Assembly: GCA_032718475.1 (NCBI GenBank)
Contig: JAUCBJ010007935.1
Span: forward strand, 1-62,700
Reading direction: 5' to 3'
Source of the DNA: Nemertoderma westbladi
Taxonomy: Eukaryota; Animalia; Xenacoelomorpha
Length of the DNA: 62,700 bases
Below are positions 1-12,794 of this stretch, piece after piece. Within the stretch, counting starts at the first letter, position 1, and each line of letters begins with the position of its first letter. The notes below the pieces were generated by a model. That model did no database searches, was not told the origin of the DNA, and was given only the letters and a program-made list of their open reading frames with translations. A program made the translations under genes and the position numbers.

Positions 1-749
1 ACAGAGTATTTTAATGTAAAAGATAATAAAAATAACGGGGCAATTCAGCAAAGGCTTTTACAGACCTCGACTTTTGGTATCGCTACTGCGCTAGCGCTAT
101 TTGAATTTGAATTTGCTATTGAATTTGCGTGGGGTCTTCGTGCAGCATCTGTGTAACTGTCTTGCAGTTATAATAAATTATTTACCCAAAAATTATTAGG
201 CTTGGCATCAGCTGGTTGCTAGGAGACTGCAGGATACATCAGGGGGGTTTGAAATTCAGCAATACCAGTACAATGCAGCAATTAATAATGTGGCCTTGCT
301 GCCTTGGAAAGTGTGGTAGGCCTATTTCACTTTCTTCAGCCATTCCAGATTGCAGAGTTCAGAGTATTCAGTTATTCGCGACTATCATGTACCGGTACTC
401 AAACAACTCCCCACCAAGGCCACCGCCTCGGTCTGTCGCAGTGTCGTTGGCGACCTCGACTTTTGGTATCTTTACTGCGCTAGCGCTACGGGCAAACTGG
501 ACTAACCGATGAGCGAAACCCGAGGACTAAAGAATGCATTGAATTTTTTGTAGTAATTTTTTAAAGTAAAAGTTTGGTTAAATTTTCTTAATTATTTATT
601 TAAATTTCTTAAGTACCGATTTTGGGATAGAATTGCTCAATCCTGGTCCCTCAGATCAGATCAATCCTGCTGACCCTCGTCCTGCGCGATGGCCCCACGA
701 ACGTGTCCTATATGGTGATTATGCTTGTCCTATTTAGATAACACTAAAT

Positions 750-1240
750 AGGAGGGGAGTGTGAATAATCTCGTGTAGGTTTGTCCAGATGGATCACGTA
801 TCAGACGCAGAAACGTTCAATGTCTGTCATTGACCCCTGCTCTCACCAGATCATAAGTGTATTAGGATCGAAACGTAACTGTTTGGCCAGCCAGTAGCTC
901 CGACCAATCAGTGACCAGCTATGGCCAATCAGCATTCAGAAGTTTTGATCCCGATATGCGTGTGTTATAATTCCGATAATGTCTGGGTATAAATGGCGAT
1001 GTTTCGTCAATTTCGGCACCTTCTTGAACCTTCACCCTCTGCCTGCGGAAGCCTCTGACATTTACAACAGTAAAAGTTATTATATTTTTAGCGGCATTTT
1101 TATTTGTAATTTGTATTTCTGCAATTTCTGAACATGTGCACTTAAATACTCTAACTTCTTATTATTGTAATGAAATAATATACTGATTAGTTAGGGCAGT
1201 TCAATTCAGATTCTCACCGGGTAGTGTACGAATTATACTC
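750..1240 (+). mobile_element. Probable 3' end of a Ty3/Gypsy-like element: polypurine tract and LTR remnant
   Basis: Purine tract AGGAGGGGAG (750-759) is directly followed by TGTG at 760. Upstream DNA reads RPARWPHERVLYGDY-stop, resembling the basic RxxRxP..Y.DY C-terminus of Gypsy integrases. CCAAT boxes (~904, ~925) and TATAAA (~988) lie downstream. Right boundary is uncertain. Confidence 0.4.
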
Positions 1241-1261
1241 CATTAATACTCCATATCTCAA

Positions 1262-1480
1262 GAACCTGTGGCCTAGTGGTTGTTGTCTCGGCTTCCACCT
1301 CGAGGTCCCAGGTTCGAATCCGACACCACGCTGATGAGACCCAGTAATGTCGAAACGCGTTAAAAAGTACGCATGTGATGGGATTAGTCCTACAATTGCA
1401 CCAATAAAAGACTAGAGAGCCAGCAAGCTGGCTGGAAGGAGCCCGGGGGGAAGAATCCTAGCCAATACTAAACTAAACAA
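1262..1480 (+). mobile_element. tRNA-derived SINE with an internal hammerhead-like motif
   Basis: Pol III A-box TGGCCTAGTGG (1269-1279) and B-box GGTTCGAATCC (1311-1321), followed at once by CTGATGA-GAC..GTC-GAAA. Ends in a short ACTAA-type tail at ~1468-1480. Confidence 0.65.
1326..1378 (+). ncRNA. Type I hammerhead ribozyme-like motif, cleavage triplet degenerate
   Basis: Stem I CACG/TGTG, core CTGATGA (1331-1337), stem II GAC-ccagtaat-GTC, GAAA (1352-1355), stem III GCGT-taaaaagt-ACGC. The GT of the expected GTH site appears to be missing. Confidence 0.55.
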
Positions 1481-2384
1481 TTGTCTAAATGGTGTGATGA
1501 TACATAGCTGACTTTGTGGCTTGCCCCACATAATAAAAAATGAAACTTTGCTGCCACTAACAACCGAACATTTATAAGAAAATGCCCATGATTCACAACC
1601 AGATAAATAACAAGTTAGATTTACCAGTACAGGTACGGTTACCTTTCTTTTTGAAAACCATTAGATTTAACAATTAATAGAAGTCTAGGTCGCGGCGAAA
1701 AATAATAACGCAAATTAAACAACCATACAATCGGCCTACACACTTTTTTATTATTCGAAATAAATTCGCTAACAGAAAATATCTAAACTAATTTATTTAT
1801 TTACTAATTAATCTAAACGAGAAGGTGAACAATTGTTTCTACACAATTAATTATGACGACTTTTATGGGATATGTAATATTTACTGTTCAATAATAATTT
1901 ACAATCTCCCATTCCAACACATTCCCAGAGAGTAATAATATCATCAATATAACAAACTAAGTGGATTATAATTCGATTTCTTCAGCCAAGTCCGATAGCT
2001 ATTTTTCTGAAATTTATATTGCTAATTTAATTATTTGGCATATTCTGTTTGTGGCGCATAATAATAACATTGTTGACATACAGTCTTTGAACCTTTCAGT
2101 CTTTCTCAGCAGTACTTTGTGGCTCGTCCCACATAATAAAAACTGAAACTTTGCTATGACAACACACCCGGTTCTTTTAAATTTGCGTGATTTGATTTAT
2201 GCTCTCACCACTATTTGTAAGAAATATTAAAACTTATCTTACAGTATGCCAATGTAGTAATGGTATTAAAATATAATTAAATTAATTTACACTATTAATG
2301 CTTCAGCTAAAAAATCGTTTCAGCTAAAAAATCGTATGTAATAAAAAAAATAAGAATATTTTTAATATGTGTATATGTAATATA

Positions 2385-3030
2385 GGTATTACTGCTAAGT
2401 TAGGCAGTAGGCCAGAACGGGCTCCTTAAATACATGCAACTACTGTATTATAGTGTAGGTCAACTATAAAACATTTTGCAATCCACAGTGAGTATCGACT
2501 GCAATAGGACACAACACACTGCTTTGTGTAACTAAAATTCATTCTCCTGATCCACCCCCTACCATAGCAGAGTGAGTAACCTTATTGTAGATATACCCTT
2601 AGGAAGCACTGGGAGAGCAATCAGCTTATGGGGTAATACATTAGAAACCAACAGCTTATGTGTGAGTAAACATTGACTTTCCTTATAGCCTACTAGTAAA
2701 ACTTGGCAACCAATACGTTTTACTATGACTGTGTATAACATATTAAGCCATATTTCATCATGAACACCAGCTGTTATTTTACCATTGCTTTTAATTTCGC
2801 GACAAAACAATGTCAAAAAACTAAATATATCGAATACCACACATAGAATCGATCTGAAATTTTGTAACGCGATTATGAACCTCAAAAGCAATGTACTTGC
2901 AAAATTTCATCAAAATCGCCAGGCAGGAAGTGCCTTAACCTAGATAATTATCAGTCAGTCAGTGTCAGTCAATGTAATGTATCCTGAAGATTCTTACAGT
3001 AAGTATCCCGCTGTAAAGCGGGCTCCTAAT
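2385..3030. mobile_element. Possible Helentron-associated (HINE/DINE-1-like) non-autonomous element
   Basis: AAATTT motifs, a (CAGT)n microsatellite at ~2951-2970 and a GC-rich terminal hairpin CCCGCT-gtaa-AGCGGG (~3007-3022). Boundaries are uncertain. Confidence 0.3.
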
Positions 3031-4056
3031 AAGTTATTTTCGGTAAAATAAACTTATCATTCGAGGTTAAGACCCCTAGATCCCTTCCTACAATAAATGC
3101 ATGATGAGTGATGATCATTCCAGTACACAGTACAGCAGTACCCAGGTCCTGAGGTACCAGACAGCCAGAGTTGGCGAGTACTGCAGTAACCAGTTAGGAA
3201 CACAACGATTTTGTCCTTTTGAACGCCCGATTTTAATGTTTATGAAGCATTGCCCGACATAATCGGGCGTCCCATTTTTATCACAGTAGCAGTAGGTATT
3301 TTGAGTGACAGCGACCTAATATGTGATCTGTACAGCCTAGCTACAGCTCAGAGTAGCCTGGAGCAGTGGAGTGGAACCCAATTGGCTGATTGGCTTAATG
3401 TCTGGCCTGGTTTAAGATGGTGTGAATACCCTTTGCCCTTTGAACTAATGAGGCAGGTATCCAGTGCAGCAGTGCAGGAGGCAGGTGGGTTGAGCTTAGC
3501 TCGTTATTTTACATTTTACCGGCATAGACTTTTTAGCTCTGCTCTACATTAAGGATGAAGCACGCGCCAAACACATAAGCCAAACCAAACTTATTCAGTT
3601 ATATCCGGAAATATGTAATTACTTAATAATTACCGGTAATTAATTAACTTATATTATATTAATTAAGTTAATTATTGTGAATGAATTCACTATAATTAAT
3701 CACATTATTTTATTTATATAGGTCTCAATAAGAAGGTGTACTTCAAAGCTGCCCAAATGTATTAATCTATTAATTTATTTACACGATCGTTGCAGAAATC
3801 CGCATAAATACTTTAATGGACATTGGACATAGTCTCCTACAGTATTAATTTATTTACGCGGTTGAAGTACCAATCCGCGTAAATACCTTAATGGAAGTCA
3901 TGCAATTAACGTTTTTACGTATGGCCGCTGTGGGCCACCGTAGTCACAAAATATAATCTAAAATTTATGAAATTATACATTAAAATGGTCACACAAAATA
4001 TACTGAATAAAAACTGAAAACATTAAACTATCTGGCCAAAGATACATGGCACACGG

Positions 4057-5619
4057 TGTTCGCGCTTTTAGACCTTTAGCAGTTTAACCTGCTAATTTTA
4101 ATTGTCTTTTTGTATATCAATTATTTAATATACTGAAGGTACATCAGCCGAAGCCAGCCTGTGCGCGACCATTCACCCACAGTTAAGGGAGACTGGATTC
4201 GGATGCTTTGATAGTGATTGCAGTGTAGACCTACTGTATTATTCGATTGATCGTTAATATATAATCTCTGACAATATTATTCACTTTCGGGGAAATATTA
4301 ACAGTTCCTTTAGGACGTGGCGCTTTAAGTATAAAACAGAGTTATGACTTATACTAATCACAACTGGATGGCTACTACTAGGATCGGCATGCTGCATTGC
4401 AGCTGCATTTTTAAGAATGCTGTGCCGGCTTGTCAACAAAATTGCACCGCCACAACTCCCTATCACCCATGACATTTGCTATATCATCCGCATCTTTAAG
4501 GCCAGTGTCCTTTAAGATGCGTCTCAAGAAAGTCATGGGCTGTCCACCATGCTTATTCACTCCATCGGGCTGCCAAAGTACAAGATTATGCACTGGCTGG
4601 TCCTCACGGCGAAAGCAATGTCCTGCAAAGTGGAGGCGATTTTGTTCTAGTGTCAAGCTTGGGGGAACCAATGAGACACCTCCAATGTTATATAGTGTCT
4701 GGTTGGAGATGTGTGCATTGTACTTGACACAATGTACCCGCGTAGCATTCTTGTGAATGTGCCATCCAGAGATTTGGTGTCCTCAGCAGTTAGAGTCCAG
4801 CATGGACTCCCGTAGAGGAGTACTGGAACTACTGCTGCTGCTCTAAATAATCGGACCTTAAGTTTCCGATTAATTATTAATTATGATTATTCACTTTCGG
4901 GGAAATATTAACAGTTCCTTTAGGACGTGGCGCTTTAAGTATAAAACAGAGTTATGACTTATACTAATCACAACTGGATGGCTACTGAGTTTCGTAAAAA
5001 GCGCATTCTTTAGGAGATGCCTTATTAACCTTCACACTACTTCACACGACTTCACACTAGTTCACACTACTGCGCACTGATATGCCGACCGTCACTGAAT
5101 TTGATCATATATAAGGAGGATCGCAACTGACACATGTAGGGATTATGAAATAGCATTCAATTCACACAAAAACCACTATAATGTAAGTCGCAGTTGCTAC
5201 CGGTAAACCTGTTCCTCTAACCTTTAGTAATCAAAGAGATTGAGGGTTTTATGATTATTCATCGGTATTCTCCAAATATATCAGCAATATATACCCACAT
5301 AACACAGTAACACCAATTAATAACAGAATCAAATAATGCGGTGAACAGTCAGTATGTGTAGTTGAATCGCGTTGCGTGATGCCGCGATGTGGCGGTGTGC
5401 TGCGTTAATAGTTTTACGTTCCTTTAATCAAAGCCATCTGATGTTTCTGAGGTTTAGGTCAAAGTCTGAAACTTCCACAGAAGTACAGAAGAATCCTAAG
5501 CCGGTGTTCTGGGCTTAGAAAGATACACACTGACTGAATTGCGTGAGTTTCTGTATGCACAAAGTGAAAATCGCTCTGATTGGTCGAGCCGAACAAAGAA
5601 CAAAGAGAGATTCAGGTTC
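4057..5619 (-). repeat. 3' LTR of BEL element 1 (truncated; interrupted by an RTE fragment)
   Basis: Matches 10259-10325 plus 11028-11923 almost base for base. Identity stops at GATTCAGGTTC (5619/11923), where it abuts gag sequence. Confidence 0.9.
4377..4885 (-). mobile_element. 5'-truncated RTE-clade LINE fragment (family B) inserted in the LTR
   Basis: Encodes an RTE C-terminus (RLHFAGHCFRREDQPVHNLVLWQP) and ends in a (TAG)n tail. Near-identical to 51630-52103. Flanked by a 101-bp duplication (4276-4376 / 4886-4986). Confidence 0.9.
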
Positions 5620-8275
5620 AACCATAGAATTCTGGTATTCATGAGACTTACCCAACCAGTCTAGTTGTCTACAGATCTCCTGAATCTCATCGGAAAACTC
5701 TATAATCCCGCTGCTAAGGAACTTTCAGGGTGCTACCAATTTTGCATACAAATACCTAGCTATGTTTGTCCTATTACCATACCTGATGTTTAGTGTATCC
5801 CAAACTTGTCTTAATCCATCTGGATGTCCAATAAACTTAAACGCCATTAACTTGGGAGATCCTTCCAAGCATTCGATGAGGAATCTAAGTTTCTCTCCAT
5901 TAGATAGCACAGAGTTCTGTATGTTATCTTTGTAATATTCATTAAAAGGTAACCATTTCATCTCATCTCCATTGAACTTGACGATCTCTCCCACCTTTAC
6001 TGCTTGACGGGCTTCGGTTCTAGCCATTTGACGCGTAAAACTTTCTTGGGCCATCGTATTATTTAATATCGAGTTATCGGTATATAAATTTCTCGGATTA
6101 TTATCAGGTCTATATGGAATATCATTGTCAACAGGTTTATAATTACCCTTAATAGGGTTTACTATAGGAGTTTCTACTTCACTAGCAGTATAGATGCGTG
6201 TAGGCTCCACACCTTGCGCATGAAATACTTCAGACCTAACAGGTTGACACATTGTTACAGGGGGTGTTGGTATACCCTTTTGTAGATTTACTAACTTATC
6301 GCGTTCTAACGCGATACTCTGCTGAACTTCCTGTAATTTTAACTTACTTTCTCTTACTGTTCCCTTTAACTGTTGAACAGTCCCCTCCAACTCTCGGACC
6401 TGTTGGGAAGAGCAAGCCTGATTCACCTCCATCTGTCCGAGGAGAATATCCATCCCCCGCCGTCGCTCATCCGCCCACTCAACCGCCGAAGCGGGAGCCG
6501 CCAACATAGTAGCGGGTAGACGAGGGACGACGGGCGACAAATTGTTAATGTCTCGCTCGTCGTCCAGGACCGGAGTTGACTGAGGAACTGTCCCACCGGA
6601 TACAGGTAGTTTAGTACTGTGCAAAGGGAATTTAGAGTTCGGTTCTGGAAGTACAGTGGTCTCTATTACAGAGGGAGTGGCTTCGAGAACAGGCCTAATT
6701 ATTTCAGGTTCATCCACTATAGTAGGGAGTCTTTCTACTCTAATAATTTGGTCTGTGGGTTCTGTACTACCTAAGTCTGTGCTAGCTAGTTGCCTTCTCA
6801 CAGCTGGGGGCAAATTAGGCAATTTCTGACGGTGGGGCGTTCTTCTACGCCTACTTAGACGAGATCTATTTCCTCCGCCTTCAGGATCTGTTGTATTGCC
6901 TTCATCAGATGATGTAAATCCCTGTCTTTTGGGAGTAGATCGACTTATCATCTGCCACTGACTAGCTGTTCTCTGTTTATCTATGTAGTCTTGCTTCTCT
7001 TGAAGATTTTCCAACTCTAGTTGGGTGGTCTCTTCAGACGCCCTCCGTTCTGCTTCTGCCACTGCTATCTTTCTTTCCGCTTCTGCCGCTTTTCTTTCCG
7101 CTTCTGCCGCTGCCACTGCCGCTTCTGCCGCTGCCACTGCCGCTTTTCTTTCCACTTCTGCTGCCTTTCTTTCCGCTTCTGCCTCTGCCGCTGCCGCCGC
7201 TGCTGTCTTTCTGTCTTCTATACGTTTTTTCTTTACTTGTTCTTCTTGGACCCTAGCGATGCGGATGCTTTCATCAAATTTAGCTTGGTTCGCAGCTAAC
7301 ATTTCCGCATCTAATGCGTCCAACACAAACTTGGCTCCTTCACTATTAGGGCGAAGTCCAGCCAGCCGTCTCCTCAACTCTTCGTCACCTATAAATCGTT
7401 GATAGTCTGACAGATAGATGTCAATGGCATCCTTCTTCTGAGGTTTCTCTGATGTCGCTTCGCTTTCCACTTGAGAAAAGGTAGCGTCTGTTGATTCTCC
7501 GTGGGTTGAGCGCTCAGCCAGCTGAGATTTCCACTGGGCTGTTCCTTCAACCTTGAAAGACGAGACCTTGAAAGAGTCGAAACAGTTGTTCCTCTAATCG
7601 CTCCAAAGAGCTGAAGAATCCCTGTACATATCCTGCTGCCGACCTCTTCCACACAGCTGGATCACTAGTGTCCTTTGTCACTCCCATCCTGTATAAGTCC
7701 TCCCAGGCGGCTTCCGATAAGTTAAACGGGAGTCCGGGTCCGGGGAAATTCCATTGCGTCTTGACAATAGACTTCAGTTCCTCCTTCGTGTATCCCGCAT
7801 AACTGTCCTTGGTCGATCGCTTACTTCTCGCCCAATCCATTTGATGTTCTTCCACCGCAATCAATACTCTAGTGAGTACGGCTTCAGGAAGAATGAGAAG
7901 TGGATCCGAATAAACTGCATCTGCCATCTTTGCTCCGCGCTCGGGTGTCAACTCTACAGTATCTGAACTACTGGATCTATCGGGTCGCTGAGAAATAAGT
8001 TCTCGGCTCGGGTGTTGCTGTTGTTTAACAGCTGCCTCTTGGTCCCGCTTGACTTGAGCCCGAGTGCCTATGACAGACCTACGGCGCTTCACTAACTTCG
8101 CAAATTGCGAAATTGCTTCTACTAACCTAGGTTCTGACACAACTACTGTAGGGGTTGCCTTTCTTACAGTAGGATGGGTCTCAGACCTCGGTCTGGGATT
8201 CTCTATACTCCTATCTGAGAAACAGACTGTTGTTTCTAGGAGACTATCTGACAGAGTTTGCTTTGTGTCAGCCAT
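5620..8275 (-). pseudogene. BEL/Pao gag (coiled coil plus DUF1759-like domain), frameshifted and truncated
   Basis: ORFs 7547-8275 and 5725-7470 are joined by a frameshift at a short TCTTTCAAGG duplication (~7551-7576). Contains KFNGDEMKWLPF..LSNGEKLRFLIECLEG..WDTLNIRYG. Gag-like frame continues past a TGA at 5725 (KFLSSGIIEFSDEIQEICRQLDWLG) up to the LTR junction. Confidence 0.85.
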
Positions 8276-10258
8276 GTTTGATTGTACAGTTGAATGCCTA
8301 CTACTATAACTACAGTTAACGCAAGTCTAGTAATTAAGTATCAACTGTTAGCCTAGTAATTAATTACCGATATCGTTACTCTATGTAACGTGATATATAT
8401 ACAATATATTAGAATACCGGTATACACTTATAGTATATATAAGTATTATTATGGATCGAATATTAGGGTTCGTCACAGAATACCGGTATATAATTTCAGC
8501 GCAAATATATAGATATATAATAAGCCTAACGTGAATACCGGTATACAGCTTACACTTATAATATATAAGTATAATTATAGACTAGAATTAATTACAGAAT
8601 ACCGGTATATAATTTCAGCTTAAATTTATAGAAATAAATATAATAAGCCTATCGTAAATACCGGTACGTCAATTATTTTAGAATAATTGAATTTCTGAAT
8701 TTTAGGGTTACTTAGTTACTTTACTTTACTTTATTACCGTTATTTAAGCAGTAGTCCAACTGATATTAAGACCTAATTGTTGTATGACAGGCCTACTATT
8801 TTATAAATCGGTTTGAGTTGATTTATAATATATATATACCCGTTTAATGGGTTTTGTTACAATATTTGAAATAAATGTTATTATTTCTGGTAAGGAGTCA
8901 CTACAAAAAGCTGTACGTTCTCAGTGTAGTGCTACTTATTGGACACTAAAACAAATAATTATACTTGCCTAAGTTACTTATTACTACAAATTACGTACAA
9001 TTACGGGGTGAGATTACAATCTCTAAATAAACACAAAAATTACACGGATGAATTTTTAGGGTTAATTTTACAAGAAATCTACAAACCAGCCTAACAAGGG
9101 GTTAGAATTTCTGGTTATTACAACGGACAGGATACTACGGTATTTGAAAATAATAAAGCAGTAGTAAATATATTGCGTTGTCTAGATAAGAAAATACCAC
9201 CGTCTGACGACTTATAGTCTCTAGCTTTACAGCTCTATAAGTACTACGTTATGTACCCGGAGTGTTCCTACCTAGAAGTTAATTACCGCAGCCTACTATA
9301 GCTAACGTGCCTATTAACCACTTTAAAACACAAATATACTGCCTACACACTAATTACCTTCGGAAAGCACTGTACACTAAACCCTAAATTAGGTACAAGT
9401 AGTTATACAACAAATAACCAGCAGTTAAAAATACTTGTACAGCTAAAAGAACCACGTTATCTGCCGGAGTGACCAGAGCATAAAATCACCAGTCTTTACC
9501 TATGCCAAACAGCCCTGATGTAGTACCGGGGTTAATTTAACTATATCGGTATGTATAACAAGCACAATTACTGTAGGAATAAACTTGGGGTGGTGTATGT
9601 TGCGAATAATCACATAAACTCTGAATAATAAATATTACGCTACCCGTACAGACTACACAAACAAAATACAAACCAAATGCTGGCAGACTATTATCAAGCC
9701 TAAATAAACTACAGTATATGCAGACTCCGAAATGGTTAGTTAGTATGCGTTCTAACCGAGTAGTACGACTTATTCTTTCGGGGGGGATTTACCTTACAGC
9801 ACTGGATGCCCCCACGTTCCTAACTAGTACTTTATCGGACATACACTCTACACACACTGCAATCCCTTCAGACTTAACAACAGCCAGACAACAATCCAGC
9901 CTACAAATTATTTATACATTCTGAGCAGGCTTACACGCCTTCTGCAGTTCTGCTCAACATTACACTTACAGATAAATAAAACTGACAGAAACAAGTAAAA
10001 TCCCAATAAAAATCCAGGCGTCCCCGATTAAATATCAAGACCTACCGGTATATAATTATCAAAATCGAATAATACTGCTGTACCTGTAAGTACCGGTTCG
10101 GGCAGTTGGGCTGTTAGGCCTACAGCTTACCATTCTACCGGTACCTTCGACTTTATTGCCTATGGTGCAATAAAGAATCTGAAAATCTATTATTGTTCTT
10201 ACCAGAACAATAGATAAAATATTTATTGCCTACGTGGAATCAAGAGTAAAACTATTAA

Positions 10259-12128
10259 TGTTCGCGCTTTTCGACCTTTAGCAGTTTAACCTGCTAATTT
10301 TAATTGTCTTTTTGTATATCAATTACAGTACAGACCACCAGAAAACGCAGATTTGTACAATTGTGAACACATTTTATCAAATGTGTACCAGTGTAATGTA
10401 ATGTTGTTGAACGGGACAATTGAACATAATTGAATTGGCAACAACCAAAATTTTTTCTCCAAAGGATACAATTGAATACTTTTGAAACGCTTAGTAAGCT
10501 GGAAACTCTCTGTAGTTTACCGCGAACTGTCACTCACTGCAGCTGGAAATGCGATAAGGATTTTGTTTACCTTTATAGTGTGCGGTTAATAGTGTCTAGT
10601 TGGCAGGCCTATCGTTAGTGATGTTAAGGCATCTTCTGGTTTTTCTCTGTGCCCTCTCGGTGTCAGACTAATGGCGCGACATCTCCCTGCACTAAATTAA
10701 TTATTCAATGGTCTAGGTTCCTCAATCCATATACCCATCCGCACTCCCATACACTCCATGAACCTCCATGTGGTCTTGTATGTAGTTCTCTCTCTACCAA
10801 TACAGCCCATGTCCGCAATGTTACGCCCTGGGGGCTCTCTCATCTACCTGATATCAGACATACAGGCGCACCACACACAAAGCCTTTGTCGGTCCCAGCA
10901 AGTTAGCCTCCTGCTGTGTGATCTAGAAGATAACTCGCCATAACCTGCCAATCAGATGACTTGAACAAATGTGTTCACATGTGATCACATTGGATGAAAT
11001 CTGCTTTTTCTGGTGGCCTGTACTGTATTTAATATACTGAAGGTACATCAGCCGAAGCCAGCCTGTGCGCGACCATTCACCCACAGTTAAGGGAGACTGG
11101 ATTCGGATGCTTTGATAGTGATTGCAGTGTAGACCTACTGTATTATTCGATTGATCGTTAATATATAATCTCTGACAATATTATTCACTTTCGGGGAAAT
11201 ATTAACAGTTCCTTTAGGACGTGGCGCTTTAAGTATAAAACAGAGTTATGACTTATACTAATCACAACTGGATGGCTACTGAGTTTCGTAAAAAGCGCAT
11301 TCTTTAGGAGATGCCTTATTAACCTTCACACTACTTCACACGACTTCACACTAGTTCACACTACTGCGCACTGATATGCCGACCGTCACTGAATTTGATC
11401 ATATATAAGGAGGATCGCAACTGACACATGTAGGGATTATGAAATAGCATTCAATTCACACAAAAACCACTATAATGTAAGTCGCAGTTGCTACCGGTAA
11501 ACCTGTTCCTCTAACCTTTAGTAATCAAAGAGATTGAGGGTTTTATGATTATTCATCGGTATTCTCCAAATATATCAGCAATATATACCAACATAACACA
11601 GTAACACCAATTAATAACAGAATCAAATAATGCGGTGAACAGTCAGTATGTGTAGTTGAATCGCGTTGCGTGATGCCGCGATGTGGCGGTGTGCTGCGTT
11701 AATAGTTTTACGTTCCTTTAATCAAAGCCATCTGATGTTTCTGAGGTTTAGGTCAAAGTCTGAAACTTCCACAGAAGTACAGAAGAATCCTAAGCCGGTG
11801 TTCTGGGCTTAGAAAGATACACACTGACTGAATTGCGTGAGTTTCTGTATGCACTGTCCAACACAAAGTGAAAATCGCTCTGATTGGTCGAGCCGAACAA
11901 AGAACAAAGAGAGATTCAGGTTCCGCGTTGGCAGTAAATCAGCTGATAGATTGCGTCATCTGAGTCATCTTTTAGAGTATTAAGCGAATTGCGGCAGAAT
12001 GGCTAGTTATGTCCGCTAAAGCACACTTACAGACATAACGGGTAAAAATGGCTTGTTATGTCCGCTAAAAGCACCTACACGGTACATTGCGGAGAAAATG
12101 ACTGGTTATATCCGCAAAAGCTTTTACA
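10259..12128 (-). repeat. 5' LTR of BEL element 1 (~1.17 kb native plus MITE insertion)
   Basis: Full copy from TGTAAAAG (minus strand, 12128) to ...GCGAACA (10259). Three ~50-bp tandem units with core GTTAT(G/A)TCCGC at ~11990-12120. Confidence 0.88.
10326..11025. mobile_element. Tc1/mariner-type MITE (700 bp)
   Basis: ~29-bp TIRs (CAGTACAGACCACCAGAAAACGCAGATTT and its near reverse complement at 10997-11025) with TA TSD (10324-10325, 11026-11027). The empty site is visible in the sister LTR at ~4122. Confidence 0.9.
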
Positions 12129-12794
12129 CACGGCACAGGCACTCACTATTGGTTAGGCCTACCGATTACCATTAATTGCTTCTTTGCCTAACCTTACACC
12201 CCAGTTACAAATGATGCCTTAAAGGTTAAAGCCCCTCATAAGGAAAGGAAAAGCCCCTGGAGGGTATACACTAAAGCTCAACATTGGATCTCCCTCCAAT
12301 CAAATCAGCCAATTAGTCAAACCAACATCTATTGATATAATAATACAAGCACACACCAGCACACATAATACCCCAGTCTGTAGGTGTGAAAGAAAAGCCA
12401 GGTCACATCTGCCCTCTATTCATTAACCTGACCCAGACATTGGGCGCCAGTAAGTTATACCTTACAAATAGTCAACCCAGCCATAGCCAAGCCATCCCTT
12501 TATAATTAACCTAGATCAGTCTCGCACCTATTACAGTGCTCAGCACTGCACAGGATACCTACTGTCCGACTGTCAATCAATAAACACTCCAAGGACATAA
12601 TCTGGCGTTCCTTTTTCTGTGGACATAATTTGGCGTTCCATTAGGCCTAATTCTGATAATATTTTAAAAGTGAGATAACTTTTCATACCGTAAGCAATTT
12701 TTTTTCTTACGAGGTGAAATGTTATATTTTGCAAGGAATTCAGTTAGTTCATTAGGCTTAATCTGATAATACTGTAATAATCCATAATCAGATA

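Larger units (their letters stand above)
4057..12128 (-). mobile_element. BEL/Pao LTR retrotransposon, internally deleted (gag only; pol lost)
   Basis: TG...CA termini flanked by 5-bp TSD CACGG (4052-4056 and 12129-12133). Near-identical LTR copies at 4057-5619 and 10259-12128. Gag has a DUF1759-like segment. Confidence 0.9.

Noticed and set aside
500-530. Hammerhead-like CCGATGAGCGAAAC
   Set aside because: Core has C instead of U, stem II has no loop, and no stem I/III pairing is found.
1265-1330. Functional tRNA gene
   Set aside because: A and B boxes are present, but no convincing acceptor or anticodon stems and no poly-T terminator; better explained as a SINE head.
7021-7402. Ala/Ser-rich and Cys/Phe-rich plus-strand ORFs
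   Set aside because: Antisense shadows of the repetitive coiled-coil segment of gag.
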